Assembly (NCBI GenBank): GCA_024704765.1
Contig: JAKMXF010000307.1
Coordinates: 186,001-250,000, forward strand
Direction of reading: 5' to 3'
Source: Oopsacas minuta
Taxonomy: Eukaryota > Animalia > Porifera
Length of the DNA stretch: 64,000 nucleotides
Part shown: positions 1-13,383 of the stretch, piece after piece
How positions within the stretch are numbered: the stretch's first letter is position 1
Layout of the letters: each line of letters begins with the position of its first letter
Translations under genes and position numbers: made by a program
Notes under the pieces: model-generated
Database searches by the model: none
What the model was told of the DNA's origin: nothing
The model's input: the letters and a program-made list of their open reading frames with translations, nothing else

Positions 1-709
1 TTGAAATCAGAGGTAGCCTTTTCCAAAAATGTAATATATTTACCATCCAGACCAAATTTTATATATAAACGCTGAAGTGTTGTGTAATATGGAAGAGAAG
101 TGAATCAAGAGATTGCAAATAATGGTAGCACGCCGGAGAGATAAGTTGGCACTTGAGTGCTATTACAATAGTTCCAATGTTGAGGCGTGGTAACTTTCGG
201 AAGAAACAATTATTCAACTGACATATAATACATTGGAGGAAAGATAGTAGTTGATTATACTCTTGACATTCAACTAGTATTGCCTGTGAATTCGACAACT
301 TATTTACTGTTAGACGCAATTATTTGGTCACTTGAACTATCTGTTGGTTAAATGTAGGGGTTTATAATTCCTGTCTATTATGGTTTTCAATACCGATAGA
401 TGATATCTCTTCTAGCAAGTTGTCAATAGCCAGAATATCAGTAATCTGCTTTATGTATTTGTTGTTGTAGAAGCCCTTTGTAGATAAAGAATCATTGATC
501 GAGAGAGAACGTTCAATATTGTGAGCACCAGTGACATCCGATATAGGAGGTTGAATTAAATGGAGTTGATTTTCATCAGTAGACTAAAGTATTCACTGCT
601 TTGGAAGAGATACACGAACAAGCTTAGATTGTAAATTTTCAAATCCAAGTACTTGAAATTTCTGTCCATCAATATTTTCTGCTCCATACTCAGTTCCATC
701 CCAAGAGCC
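1..709 (-). pseudogene. P-element/THAP9-like transposase fragment (inverted copy of 48175-48886; runs off the window start)
   Basis: The minus strand reads ...LKCQLISPACYHYLQSLD(frameshift)LPHYTTLQRLYIKFGLD..FLEKATSDF, matching the SP..Y..L...LP...TL helix region of P transposases. In-frame stops are present. Confidence 0.7.
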
Positions 710-2102
710 CGCCATAGTTGCTCCTACAACCAGGAACAGACTATTTATTTGGCATTGAGACAGAAAAGTGTGATGGATATCGAATTTGAACAAAAGAAAC
801 AATTAAATCAGTAGCGGTCCCAAAGGGAGGGGGCAAACGGGGCATTCCCCTCGGATTTGAAAAACTTGGCCCAGTGGCCAAAATTCTGGGAACATCCCTG
901 AATTCAGTACGAAAATAGATAGGACATATATGAATTAGACAAAATGGAAGAGTAATAAGGTGAGAAACATGCAATATTGAGGAAATATACTGAGAGAGTA
1001 TCAATAAAACGATCTAAATCGTAATAAGATCCAGGTACTAATACTATTAAAGAATATATAAAGTTATGGTATTAATATAATAGCCTTCCTTGATCCCATG
1101 TTCCCAGTTCACTAAGTTGGTGCAATAGGCCTTATTTAACGTAGGTCACGGCTGGAACAATATTCAAGGGTCCCTATCCACTATAACAATGGAAATACCA
1201 TGGGCAACAACTTCAACAGTGCCTCAAAATTGGCTGTAATGACATCCAAGGCAAAAATGTATCTGGACAAAACGCGTATGGACTGAAAGTTTGGATAAAT
1301 GTCGTTTGGAACAGTTGAAACTAGTTTTGACAGCAAACGCACTTTGACGGCGAATTTCAACTATATTCAATAAATTTGTTAACTAGTAATCAAGTAAGAA
1401 TTGAGTTGTTATAGTAAACAAAATTGAATTCGAATACGAATACCTACATTAAAATGATATTTACAAAATAATGGTACAAGCAAAAATATATTACTTAGTC
1501 ATACAATATTGACCAAATGTTTAACTATATTTTCTCAAATGAAAACATAGTTAAATAAGCCAAACTAATCAAAAAAGCACCTTCTCTTTCTCCATTGTTC
1601 CCGCTCTTAATTAAATTAAGGGAACGGCGTGACAGGTGAGTAGGACCAAATACCTATAGATGCATATTAGTATGGTAGTTGTTATGCATAAATCAAAACA
1701 ATCTGACTATAATAAATAATGCAATTTTCCCCATATGATTTGGCATAGTAAGGAAATCTTTCCTCATTCTTTTGTTTGATGATCGAAATTCGAGATCCTT
1801 TGTTACATCAGGGTCTCAACGAGTTCTATCACCGTGAATACTGCGATTTTACCATAATGAAAGGGTTGGGGGTGTAACATTATATAATTGTAACATTAAT
1901 TAACCTATCAACTACCACTTGACTCTCTCCAGCTGACCAGTATAAATAACATTTTCTTGCGAAGATTCTTAAATTTGTGTCTAATTTATCAAACAGCAAC
2001 AGTAGACAAATAGTAGGAAATGACAAAGAGACAAGCTTTTAATCACTAGTCAAAATCCAGTACTATCTAATATACTAAAATATTTCGAGTGATATATATA
2101 TA

Positions 2103-2424
2103 CAGTGACCCTCGATTATCCGAACCTCCATTATCTGACACCTCAGTTATCCGAACAGCGGGGAGAACATCAGTTTCAGAAAATTGTTCAAATTTCATCT
2201 CAACAAAATGCTATATTCAACCTTGGCACCTGGTCCTCGGATTATGTGACCATCTTAGGCCTAAACTGTAATAATTATACAGTTAAATAAATGAAATGAT
2301 AAATTCACAATTTCACATATACCAGAGTTGTAAATTTCATATTGGAAAGTATACTAATTCAGTTATTCGAACACCAAACTGGAAAGTATATGACGAGGGT
2401 GCTCGAATAATCGAGGGTGTACTG
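2103..2424. mobile_element. pogo/Tigger-type MITE
   Basis: TA-CAGTGACCCTCGATTATCCGAAC ... GCTCGAATAATCGAGGGTGTACTG-TA; terminal inverted repeats, TA TSD, non-coding. Confidence 0.8.
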
Positions 2425-3097
2425 TACATGTATGTAGGTATATGTATACTAAATGATCATTTGTATTCATATATAGATTAAGCAACCGGATTCGGCATGA
2501 ATACTTGTAGTTATATATTTGTTATCTTGCAACATCTTATAACCAATCAACATAAATTGGAACCTATATACTTCTTAATGCGATCAGACAAATCGCTCTG
2601 ATATTTTGAGGACATAGTTGAAATTGAGATTTTTGATCACTTGAGACATGAATTCAGGAAAAAAACAGAAAGGCAAAATAACTGAAAGAAAATGCATGAA
2701 AATTACACATATTAACACGATTTGGGTGGCAAAACAAACAATACGTAAACAAAAAGTATACATGTATGTGTATAGCGTTATGTTTAAATGACTAGACAAT
2801 TATCATTCGACTAAAATTGTTATAACTTAATTCTTATGTGTCGACGAGAAGTGTAAAAAGCCAAATAAACCTACTCTAACAATTATCTAATGGCCTCAAC
2901 GGACATAGAGCCAGGCCTCATAAGCATAGGATCATTATGAACAATGCCCAGGGGTATCGAGTCCATATGAACCTCCAAGACTTTGGGAAAGGATGCTAAT
3001 AAATAATAGCTATTGCAAAAATGTCGTAATAAGACAATTTGCATTAAATCAAGACCTCAACATAAATTCTATTACTTCAGCAGGATCAACGAAATTA

Positions 3098-4406
3098 AAG
3101 GGTGACAATTAAGTTCTGTTACAAAATTTGATAGCAGTCAGTGTCGCATGTATTGAACTACCATAGCAATCAACTTCGCCTGTGTTAGCGCCAATTATAT
3201 GATATCATACTTACTACTTATTAAAATATTATACCAGAAAGCCTATACAAATATTTCACTACATGGAAGAAAGGAGGTCCAAAATCATCTCTCTATTTTT
3301 GAACGGAAAGAGTCATATTGTAATCTGGAAGAGCCTCAAAAGTCAGAATATCAACCGTATGTTCATTCATCATACAATACGACGATATACTGAACTGGAG
3401 ATGTGGAGGACAGATCCAAATCTGGTAGACTAGTCTCAGTATGGACGAGAGTCTAAGAGAGATGGTCCGTAGCCGGATCACGCGGAATCCAATGCGCTCC
3501 ATGCGAAAGTTAGCCGGAGAGTACCACTTTAGCAGAGAAACAGTGAGGAAGGTACTACATAAGGACCTTTGGACTAGAGTCCCTTAAACGGCGAAAGGTA
3601 CATCACCCGACTCCAGCCTTTTGTAAGAAGAGACTTGACAGATGCAAGAGGCTGTATAGCGCCTCGCTCGTGAGGACTGTGACAGAGTGCTTTTCTCCGA
3701 CAAGTGAGTATTCACCGTTCAAGAGTCTGTTAACCTCCAAAACGATCGGATCCTCGCATCCTCTACCAAGATTATCCCAGAAAGCATAAGGTATATTGAT
3801 CGGGTTCAAAACCCACTTTCTGTTATGGTTTGGGCTGGTGTATCAACATACTTGAGGACCGACCTTGTTTTGTCCCCCAAGGAGCCAAAATTAACTCAAT
3901 AAGTTATCAGGAGTGCATTCTACTGGATGAAGTGAGGTTTGCTGGGTAAAACCTCTCCGATAACGGACCATAGATATTCCAGCATGATTCTACACTTGCA
4001 CATGCTTCAAAATCCACCCAATCCTGGATATGAAGGGAAAATATTGCATTTATATCGAAGGACGAATGGCTCCCGTCTAGCCCGGATCCCAATCCACATG
4101 ATTACTCGGTTTAGGCCAATTTGGAAAATAAGGTGTGCTCAAATCTCATTGAAGTTGAGAATCACGAAAGAGAGACTCGTTAAAGAATAGATAAATTACT
4201 GCAGGAAACCTTGCGTAAATGGGGGTTCTAATTCCGAGAAAGACTTGGGGCTGTAGTAAATAAGGAGGGGAGCATATATGGAATGATAATTTGTGTAAAA
4301 TCTAATTCATATTTGAGATACATCAGATATAAAACTTACAGGGTTAGAATGGATATGGATTGAGCCAGAACAATTTAAGCTGTAACAGAGCATAATTGTC
4401 ACCCTG
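3098..4406 (+). mobile_element. maT/DD37D-type Tc1/mariner element, full length, transposase inactivated
   Basis: TIRs (c/a)AGGGTGACAATTA(a/t)G(t/c)TCTGTTACA with TA flanks. Broken frames give LFSDK.VFTVQ, VMVWAGVS, IFQHDSTLAHASKSTQ and EWLPSSPDPNPHDY. Confidence 0.85.
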
Positions 4407-5315
4407 TAGAATTTTCCTTTGCTGGGGCCTATTTTTATAGCACTTCAAATATCGCAAAATTAATATTAACTTCCTATCTCGAGAACTAAAAGTCCAATTC
4501 GAATTTTATATAAATGCACAAATGATGCTCAGAATGTCCTCATTCCGGATAGATCGGTCTCAGGACGATAGGCCATTTTTCTCATTGACCATAATTGTGC
4601 CTTCATGAATAAATAAAATCTTCATATTAGCTTCAAATTTGTCACGAATTTATGTAGGTAGGTAAGTAGGAAGGCCAATAGTTGGCAAAGATAGTTTCGA
4701 TATCAGGCTTTTCGAGTTTGTTTAGGTTGGATAATTAGATGTGAAAAGAGAGAGGGGAATGATTTGAGGATAAAGACATAGTTAGTGAGTTTGCTTGGGC
4801 AAACATTTCCAGTAGGCTATAACCTCAACAATTTATATTCTCATCCCCTGAATGATTGGGAAGTGGAGTTTAACTAAAGACAATATTTTTGACATGTCGG
4901 ATTTTCAGAAAGAGTTAGCATTTTGAAAATTATGACGTTATAGGAATTTTCATAAACATTCATATTTATCCATTTCTTATAATTGATGACTAAATAGGAT
5001 ATTCATAATAGTATCTTGTTTCAGAAAGGAATACTAGTAACTAGGCACATATTAGTATTTGAAGAATTGTATCTTCCTCTTGCATGAAACATAGCATTGC
5101 GATTTGGATATGTTGTACAGGAATATGATATATTGTGTCAACTACAAAAATAAATATATATTTAAACCTAAATTAGTATATATTAAACTATTTCACATAA
5201 AGTAAGGTCATACAAAGCTGTAAAGTTTCACTTACACTTCAAGTAGCCAAATGAAATATTTCTGATTACTAAACAGGCAATCGAAATGCTAGAGTAGATG
5301 TCAATTTGGCAAGTA

Positions 5316-6657
5316 CAGGGTGTCTCAAAAATTATTGCCCTATTATAGTTCTAGCTATAAAATCGTAGAAAAGAGGAAAATATTAGCATTCATTTGGATA
5401 TATATTAACCATCCAATTCGATGCAAGTTTTAACTCTTCCGGCATTCCATCTACTAACGCTTGCAAAAAAATTGGCTGTAGAGCTTCCCAGGCAGATTCG
5501 AGCTGCATTTTCAGGTCCGAAATAGTTTTGCCGGCTCCCTCTTGTTCAGTTCTTCCTGAAGATATCCCCATAGGTTTCAATTGGATTTAAGTCAGGAGAG
5601 TTCCCCAGCCATTGAGATTTCTCCCAATAGTTTGGTAGGTTCTCCTTGCACCAACCTTGGGTCATTTTGGACGTGTGAGCAGGGGCACCGTCCTGCATAA
5701 AAACAACCTTTGATATGTTTGGTACCATTTTCATCTCCAAAACTGATCCATTATTTTTAGTTCTGCGAAGGGTATCCAAACAAGACTTAGCCAGGATCTC
5801 ATCTATATAGTACGCTGTATTCACTGTCTGTTTGGGAGGGATGAAGTGTAATTTCGATATAGCTCGAAAGCTCATCATACCCCAAACAATGAATTTCGGG
5901 GGAAATTTCACCGTTTCCTGTGGCATGATATTCGAGCTATTCTTGGCCCATATCCAATCATTTTGGTGATTTGTTGGGTGAAATAGCTCGAAAGAAGATT
6001 CGTCAGACTAAAGGATGTTTCTCCAGTCAGCAACAGTCCAGTTTTTGCTTTGCCAGACAGAAATCTAATCTGTTTTCTCTCTGTTTTACAAAGAGTTTTG
6101 GCTGTCTGGGTCGCTTGTAGGGCCTAACTCCCAAATCTTTTGTTAAATAGCGATGAATGGTGTCTTTTGAGACAGGAGCACACGTTCTGGTAATTTGTTT
6201 AGCAATACATGGTGTTGACTTGTGTCGTTTCCCAAGAGATTTTGCAATAATGATTTTGGACCGCCTTTTTAGCTTTTTGGGCCTTTCAGCCCCCTTTCTA
6301 TGTTGGAGGTCTTTTGAAGAATTATACCTTGCTAACCATCTCCGAACCGTTCGGATATCCTTTCCAAGTTTGTTTGCTACATAGTTCTGAGTAGAACCTG
6401 CGCGTAACATACCGATAGCACGATTTCTAACCTGTAATTTATTTTCATTGACACCCATATTGGGCAATAAATCCAGTCGGGGCAAAGAGAACAAAATTTT
6501 TTAAATACTTATAAAATAGCAGCTATAATATTTGAGTTGAATAACAGTTATATTTCAATTCTTCAATCACCATAACTAATGTCTATACTGTTGTAAGGTC
6601 CAGTTATAACATATTTTGTGCTATAGCGCAATAGGGCAATAATTTTGAGACACCCTG
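5316..6657 (-). mobile_element. Tc1/mariner-superfamily element with DD37E spacing, full length, inactivated
   Basis: TIR CAGGGTGTCTCAAAA(A)TTATTGCCCTATT with TA TSD. ORFs 6027-6494 (HTH, GAERPKKL) and 5546-5926 (IVWGMMS, MQDGAPAH...NSPDLNPIE); I count 37 residues between D and E. Confidence 0.9.
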
Positions 6658-7766
6658 TAGAAGAATTGGAGAAAACTTGAAATCGACTCACAATCAACAA
6701 GGTTCCAAAAGATGTGAAGAACCACCATTAGAGGTGTACTTGACTTAGACAACCAATGTATCGCGAACTTGTAGGATAATAATCTTGAACAAATGGTTCC
6801 TAAGCGTCAGGACTATATTACAAGTATTGTAACTTCAGCCCCAAGTTACCCAGTTGGTCTAAAATTCGTAATATTCGTACAATTCTAATACTGCCATTCC
6901 AATTTCACCCATCAGTATCAAATCCAATTGGAGTAACAGTTAACTACATTGACCACACAGTAAATCTCTTGAGACGTATAATCACTCCCTTTACAATCTA
7001 TTGAAGAACACCTGATGTACTCGCTCAACTTTATGATTAAACATGGCGTAATAGGTCGAGAAATAATAGTGTGCCTAATCTTAGATCTAAAATAGATAGT
7101 TTGCATTTTCTCATGTTATGGTTTCTCTTCTTGAATTGAAAGATTGTCAAGGAAACTTTATCTGGCCTATTCAATACCCAAATTCTAGATTCTCCAAACA
7201 GCTAATCGCATTGCTATCCCAAAAAGGGACAGTGAAAGTGTCACGACTCGAAAGAATTTCTTGAAGCCTCAAATTAACGAACTCGTGTCAAATGGCTTCG
7301 AGAATGAAAGCAGCCTTGTGAAAAATAGTTGAGGTAACATTACATCAGCATAGTAACAGTTAGCTTGACATAGCAAGGTAACCAAAAGTATAGAATGGGA
7401 TATTGGTATTATTTTCGTTCCACTGAACTTCGCTCAACAAATATTATAGGATAGTTTCATTAGATTTGTCTATCATGCCTGTAATATCCTGAATAGTTCC
7501 AGAAATATTTGGTTTTAACATTTGTTCACAACAAAATACTCCTGCATTATGCATTTTATATAGCCAATAACTATACTGTATCATCATAAAGTTTAAATAT
7601 TAGAAAACTAAATAAATTTCACAAAGTGGCTTTGAGTTGTAAAAAAAAACATTAGAACTACACACAGGGTAAGTTTGGTAAGATTTTAAAGGATAAAATT
7701 ATTTTTATATAGGAATTAAGTTGGGTGGACAAAATATAATTTCAAAAGGGGCGAAAATTAAAATAA

Positions 7767-10051
7767 CACAACTCAACAAGATTTCGCATCAGAGATCACT
7801 ACATTTATCTTAGCATACTTTTGAATGCTGAACTCGAATCTGCAATCAGAATTTCTCTAGCACGTCTAGTTATCCTAAAATCCAATGTCCATTTTTTAAT
7901 AGTATAGTTTACCTAGTTACTAAATTGCTATATGAGCATGCCTATTTTGATTCAATTACCTGGAAAATGAATGACTTTACTTATTTGAATTCAAGCAAAT
8001 CAAATTATAAACATGCATCATAATTGTAGAACTCATCTCGACAATTTCTGTTACGTTTGTGGTCTTTTTTGCGTAGAATCACCAAGACGACCAATCACAA
8101 ATCAATTAAAGAACATATACAAATTGTAGTTCGAATATCCACTTGGTGACCAAGAAAGCCATGGGCACCACATGTTGTATGCACTTCTTGTTCAAGTGGA
8201 CTGCGTGATTGGTTGAATAAAAGGAAAGTTTCAATGCCATTTGCAATACCCATGGCCTGGAGGGAACAGAAAAATCACCTTGATGATTGTTACTTTTGCC
8301 TTATCGACATTACAGGATTCTCAGCCAAGAATAAGCACGCTCTTGTTTACCCAGATTTGGATTCTGCTCGCAGGCCAATTCCACACGACATCTCATTACC
8401 AATCCCAACTCCCAAGCCACAGCAAATTAAAATCTGGTGTGATATGGTGGAAGATGTTCATGCAGATTCTACAGATGCTAATTATGTCCCGGAAGATGAA
8501 TTACTAGAGCCACAAACATTTACACAGGGAGAATTGAATGACCTGGTCAGGGATCTAGACTTATCTAAAGACAAAGCTGAACTCCTTGCATCCAGGCTTA
8601 AACAGAAAAACCTACTCGACAAGATGTCCTAGCATCCCACTATCGCAAGCGTAATTTCGATCTCACACAATACTACACCACTGATGGTCCACTGTGCTAT
8701 TGTAATGATATCGAAGGACTCAATGTAAACCTACTACAAGAACATTCTTCCTCTGATTAGCGCCTTTTCATCGACTCGCTAAAACGCAGTTTGAAAGCTG
8801 TTCTGTTGCATAACTGAAATCTAAAGCCTGGCATTCCAATTGCTCACTCCGTCTATCTCAAAGAAACTTTCGTCAATTTGCAGGAAGATTTGGAGGCAAT
8901 ACAGTATAGAACACATATATGGAATATCTGCGATGATCTTAAGATAATCGGGCTATTGATGGGCTTGCAACTTGGTTTTATAAAGTATTGTTGTTTCCTA
9001 TGTCTATGGGACAGCCGAGCAACTGGTGAACATTATAAAAAATGTGATTGGCCGAAGAGAACCTATGAAGTGGGAAAACCAATTTACAGCATTCGCCATT
9101 GGTAGATCCAAACAAAGTTTTCTTACCCCCACTTCATATTAAACTTGGATTAATGAAAACATTCGTTAAAACAATGGGCAAAACAAATTCAGCAGGATTT
9201 CTGCATTTGGTAGGCAAATTTCCGAAACTATGCGAGGTAAAGATAAAAGAGGGAGTATTTGTAGGAGCACAAATCAGACAAGTATTCAGAGATCCAGATT
9301 TCGAGAAGACATTATCCGAATTAGAAATGAGTGCTTGGAATTCTTTCAAATGGGTTTGTGAAAACTTTTTGGGCAACAGAAAGTCGTCCAACTACAGAGA
9401 AGGAGTGAAAACCTTGCTTAACGCATACGAGAAGATGGGCTTTCTCATGTCGCTAAAACTTCACTTCTTGCACTCTTACCTTGATTATTCCCTGAGAACT
9501 TTGGTGCTGTAAGTGATGAACAGGGTGAGAGATTCCACCAAGACATACAGGAGATGGAAACCCGATACCAAGGTTTCTGGAATGAGGGCATGATGTCCGA
9601 TTACTGTTGGAGGCTCTTCAGATATAATTCCAACAAGATATATAAAAAGAAGTCATACTCTCAACACTTTTAATTTAGTTAGCTACCTTTATACTTCTAG
9701 ATGGATATGTGTTTTCCCTTAGTTTGTGAGTAGTTGATACATGCATGAATGTGAATAATTATATGTAAGAGCTAGGATAATAACTGATATTATCTTGGCA
9801 TTAATCTAAAACACCGAAACGTTGATTTTATTCAGATGGCTATCATGTAAGAAGACAAAAAGACAGCCACTACCATAAAATAACAGGAAAAATTTAGGAA
9901 ATACATAAAAATCGTTGACTTGTAGATGGAAAATAACTGGACGTGCTGGAAAGAATCTGAAAGCAGATTTGAATTCAGCGTAAAAAACTAGCTTAGAAAA
10001 TGTCAATCTAATACTTGATGAGAAAATGAAGTTAAATTTTGTTGACCTGTG
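7767..10051 (+). mobile_element. Chapaev3 (CMC superfamily) element, full length, transposase fragmented
   Basis: CAC...GTG termini, TAA on both sides (7764-66, 10052-54), imperfect subterminal inverted repeats. Motifs DNFCYVCG, MPFAIPMAWREQKNHLDDCYFC, CDDLKIIGLLMGLQLGFIKYCCFLCLWDSRA, LPPLHIKLGLMK, SDEQGERFHQD. Confidence 0.85.
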
Positions 10052-10317
10052 TAATATATTCTCCTTCATCACTCTCTTTTAATTCAATTTATTTGTTTTT
10101 GTAAACTGGCTTGTATTTTACACCATAAAGATAATAATGCAGATTGATTATCAAATTAGTGAAATTTTTGCTCGTTAAAACACGAACCAAAATATGTGAG
10201 ATCACTTGTTTTAGCTTCTTCCCAAGTGTAAATATTTGATCAAATTATTACCCCAAGGTCTGGACTATACCAAGATAAGGGGGGCATTCGAATGCTAAGT
10301 CGTCAATTGCAGCTATT

Positions 10318-13061
10318 CACGGGTCGCTCTGATTTAAATATCGATCAAAAAATACAATTTGTTCAAAACCTAGCTGGAGTGATAGAGTAGCATGTCTATT
10401 TCCCAAATATTCATCATTTAAAATTATTCGTACGCAAAAACAAAAATTTAGCCTAATTATATTTTTTCACCTAATTTCTAGCACCTTCCATTTTGTGGTA
10501 CTTACTCTTTGAATTCAATTCATGTTGATTTTTGGTGTTAAATACACACATGAATTATAAGGATATTTTCCTTGCCGTGTCTTCACACTTGAATACATGT
10601 TGTTTAGTACGGCATACCTATTCAACTGCAAATACCACAAATATCGAATATTAGAAACCAAAATCTATATTTGGAAGACGGAATCCTTTGGAACAATTTC
10701 AGTGACAAACATATGAAAGCGCGACAGAAGGTATGTCGCAATTGTTGTGTTAAAGTGGGGAACAATGGGGTAAGTTTGACTCCAAGGTTACTAAAGATGT
10801 ATTCACAGTTTTTATCAAAAAACGTTGACGATCTTAGATGCATGTTACCAACAGTTCTCTGTAAGACTTGTGCAATTTGGCTTGAGAAACGGACAAGAAT
10901 CTGAGCGCTGGAAATATTCCGAAAACTTTTCTTGGATACTGCCAATAAAGAACACCAGATTAAGCTCCTGTTTTGTTGATTCTCCTTGTGCTATGTGTCA
11001 AGAAGCGTATCGATTTGGACCAAAGAAACATGCACCTCAGCAAATTCGACACAAATCTGTTGGTAGACCGGTAGAAAATTCTCCTCAACAAGTTGTAAAG
11101 TTGTGCAATAAATGTTTTCTTAAAGTAGGACGAGGCATTCGCCATGAATGTTTTCTTCTATTGCTGTTACCAACACCAGACACTGCTTAGGCAAAAGAAA
11201 ATTATTAGATAAATTTGTAGGAGATGATATCGTTAAGAGTTTGGATGTAAGTGATGATTTATACCTCGAACTACCACGTATTTCAGGAGGGCATCCGGTT
11301 TATCTTACAGATAGTTCTTCTTTGAATAAGTCTGCTTCAAGTAGTGTACCGTTTGTCAGTCTTGAACTCTCAGATATGTTACAAATCAAGACTAAAGGAA
11401 TCTAAGTAATAACGGTCTTAAGTCAGTTATAAGTATATTGAGAGGTAAATTAATTGACACCCCAGGGATTAAATTATTTTACACTGCTCGATATGAATTT
11501 AGTGGTCAATTCTTTGAAGTTTGCCAACTAGAGCTGAACCGATCTCAGAAGAAGGGATATAGTGATATTTGCCCTGTCTGGACAGTATTCTGTTGTGATG
11601 TTCCTGGCCTTCTTAGTAAAAGATTTTCTCAATCAGATGGGATTGATATCTATAAATTACATTATAAGTTAGGACTGGACATTGGACAAGGATTTTTGAA
11701 AGTGACAATTCAACCAGAATTACCCAATAGTGTAAGCGATCTGGCTATAATTTGGCTGAGCCCTATACAAGAAAATTATCACAACCTCAAGTCAATATTC
11801 TCCAGTCATGAAATCAGATGTCTAATCCTAGACTTTAATATAAGCCTAACGATTGATATAAAAGCTGCACTAATAGCTTTTGGTATCATGCCTGGCAGAC
11901 ATCCCTGTCTCTGGTGTACCTGGGACGAAAGGGATAATCTTGACGATATTGGGAAATGGGAGCTAAGAGGGTCAACACAGCATGGTCTACAGTATGAAGA
12001 ATTTGCAGAGAAGATGGCTGATTGAAAGAAAATTCAAAATTATGCAAGGGAGTTGAAAACCCCACCGTATTTCAGGATGCTGATATTCTACCTATTGAAA
12101 GCATGGCTATTCACAACCTCCCAGAGCTACATTTGCTGCTTGGAGTAGGCCAGAGACTTCATGATGTAATTGTAGAGTCCATGTCAGAAGACGAAATACA
12201 GATCCATCAGGATACTTTGAAGAGGTATAACATCAAGAAAAGTCAATACCATGGTGGAAGATTTGAAGGGAATTCAATGAGATTATTACTGAAACACCAT
12301 GGAGATTTGTTTCTAAATAAGAATTGTAATGCCTTCATAGCATTAAGAAGATTTGACTCCGTGGGATCTTCTTGTTTTGGGATATCCAGATGTACTCCCG
12401 AGTTTCACGAAAGGATCTTAGAATTTGAAGAAACCTACAAAATGTGTGGTATTTCTTGTACAACAAAAGTACATATAGTAAGCCGCCATTTGGTTCCCTT
12501 TCTGCTGAAATATTTACCTACAGATAACGGATTGGCTGCAGTATCAGAACTGGCATTGGAATCTAGTCACCATCATTTTAACAATGTGTGGAGAAGATAC
12601 ACATTTGGTGAGGATACAGAAGGTTATGGTGAGGGGCTATTTAACGCAGTATGCGAATTTAATTTTATAACTCTTGCTACTGATAATGCAGCAGATGTTT
12701 GGAAGGGATTACAAGATGAAAACAAGATCGAGTGCAATTGATAAGATAAATGACAAGTAAAATTATATTAAAACCAGTATGAATTAATAGTTCCAATATT
12801 TTTGTTTCAGTTTATATGAAGATATTCATTAGAGATATTTAACACTACAAATTAACATGAATTGAATTCAAAGAGTAAGTACCACAAAATGGCAGGTGTT
12901 GGAAAATAGGTGAAAAAATATAATTAGGCTAAATTTTTGTTTTTGCGTACGAATAATTTTAAATAATGAATATTTGGGAAATAGACATGCTACTCTATCA
13001 CTCCAGCTAGGATTTGAACAAACTGTATTTTTTGATCGATATTTGAATCTGAGCGACCGTG
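10318..13061 (+). mobile_element. Chapaev element, full length, with about 230-bp TIRs and a 4-bp TATT TSD; transposase disrupted
   Basis: TATT-CACGGGTCGCTCTGATT...AATCTGAGCGACCGTG-TATT. N-terminal H-x7-CRxC (HMKARQKVCRNC), then D-x4-L-x4-CxxC. Core motifs KLGLDIGQGFLK, DIKAA...GRHPCLWC, LPELHLLLG, YHGGRFEGN, TTKVH, SELALESSHH, spread over ORFs 10671-12741. Confidence 0.85.
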
Positions 13062-13383
13062 TATTGCCTTGGAGCTTAAATGGAGCTTTGCGTTGTCATG
13101 TTACAGCAATACGCAGTGTTAACTTGCCTAGCCTCTTACGTTTATGGTGGTCTACTCAGGCAACCAGTCGAAGTGTATAATTCCATCCCTATCCCAAATC
13201 CTGCTGCAAATTCTCTTCCCTGTTGATTATGCGGCCTTTACTTTGATGAGTACAGGTTCATCACGCTTCTTGCATTGCTTTGAGTGAGTTTTGCTCTCTC
13301 TGGTTCATAAGAATGAAACCAAGTTTCATCCCCCGTACTATATGATCCAAAAAGTCCTCCTCTGGCTTCTATATTGAAAGTAA

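Noticed and set aside
6660-7400. Possible additional P-element fragment
   Set aside because: Only a weak similarity (ANRIAIPK) with no ordered motif series.
10318-13061. ProtoRAG/RAG1-RAG2 transposon
   Set aside because: There is a single gene, a 4-bp rather than 5-bp TSD, no heptamer-nonamer TIR and no kelch/PHD RAG2-like ORF; Chapaev fits better.
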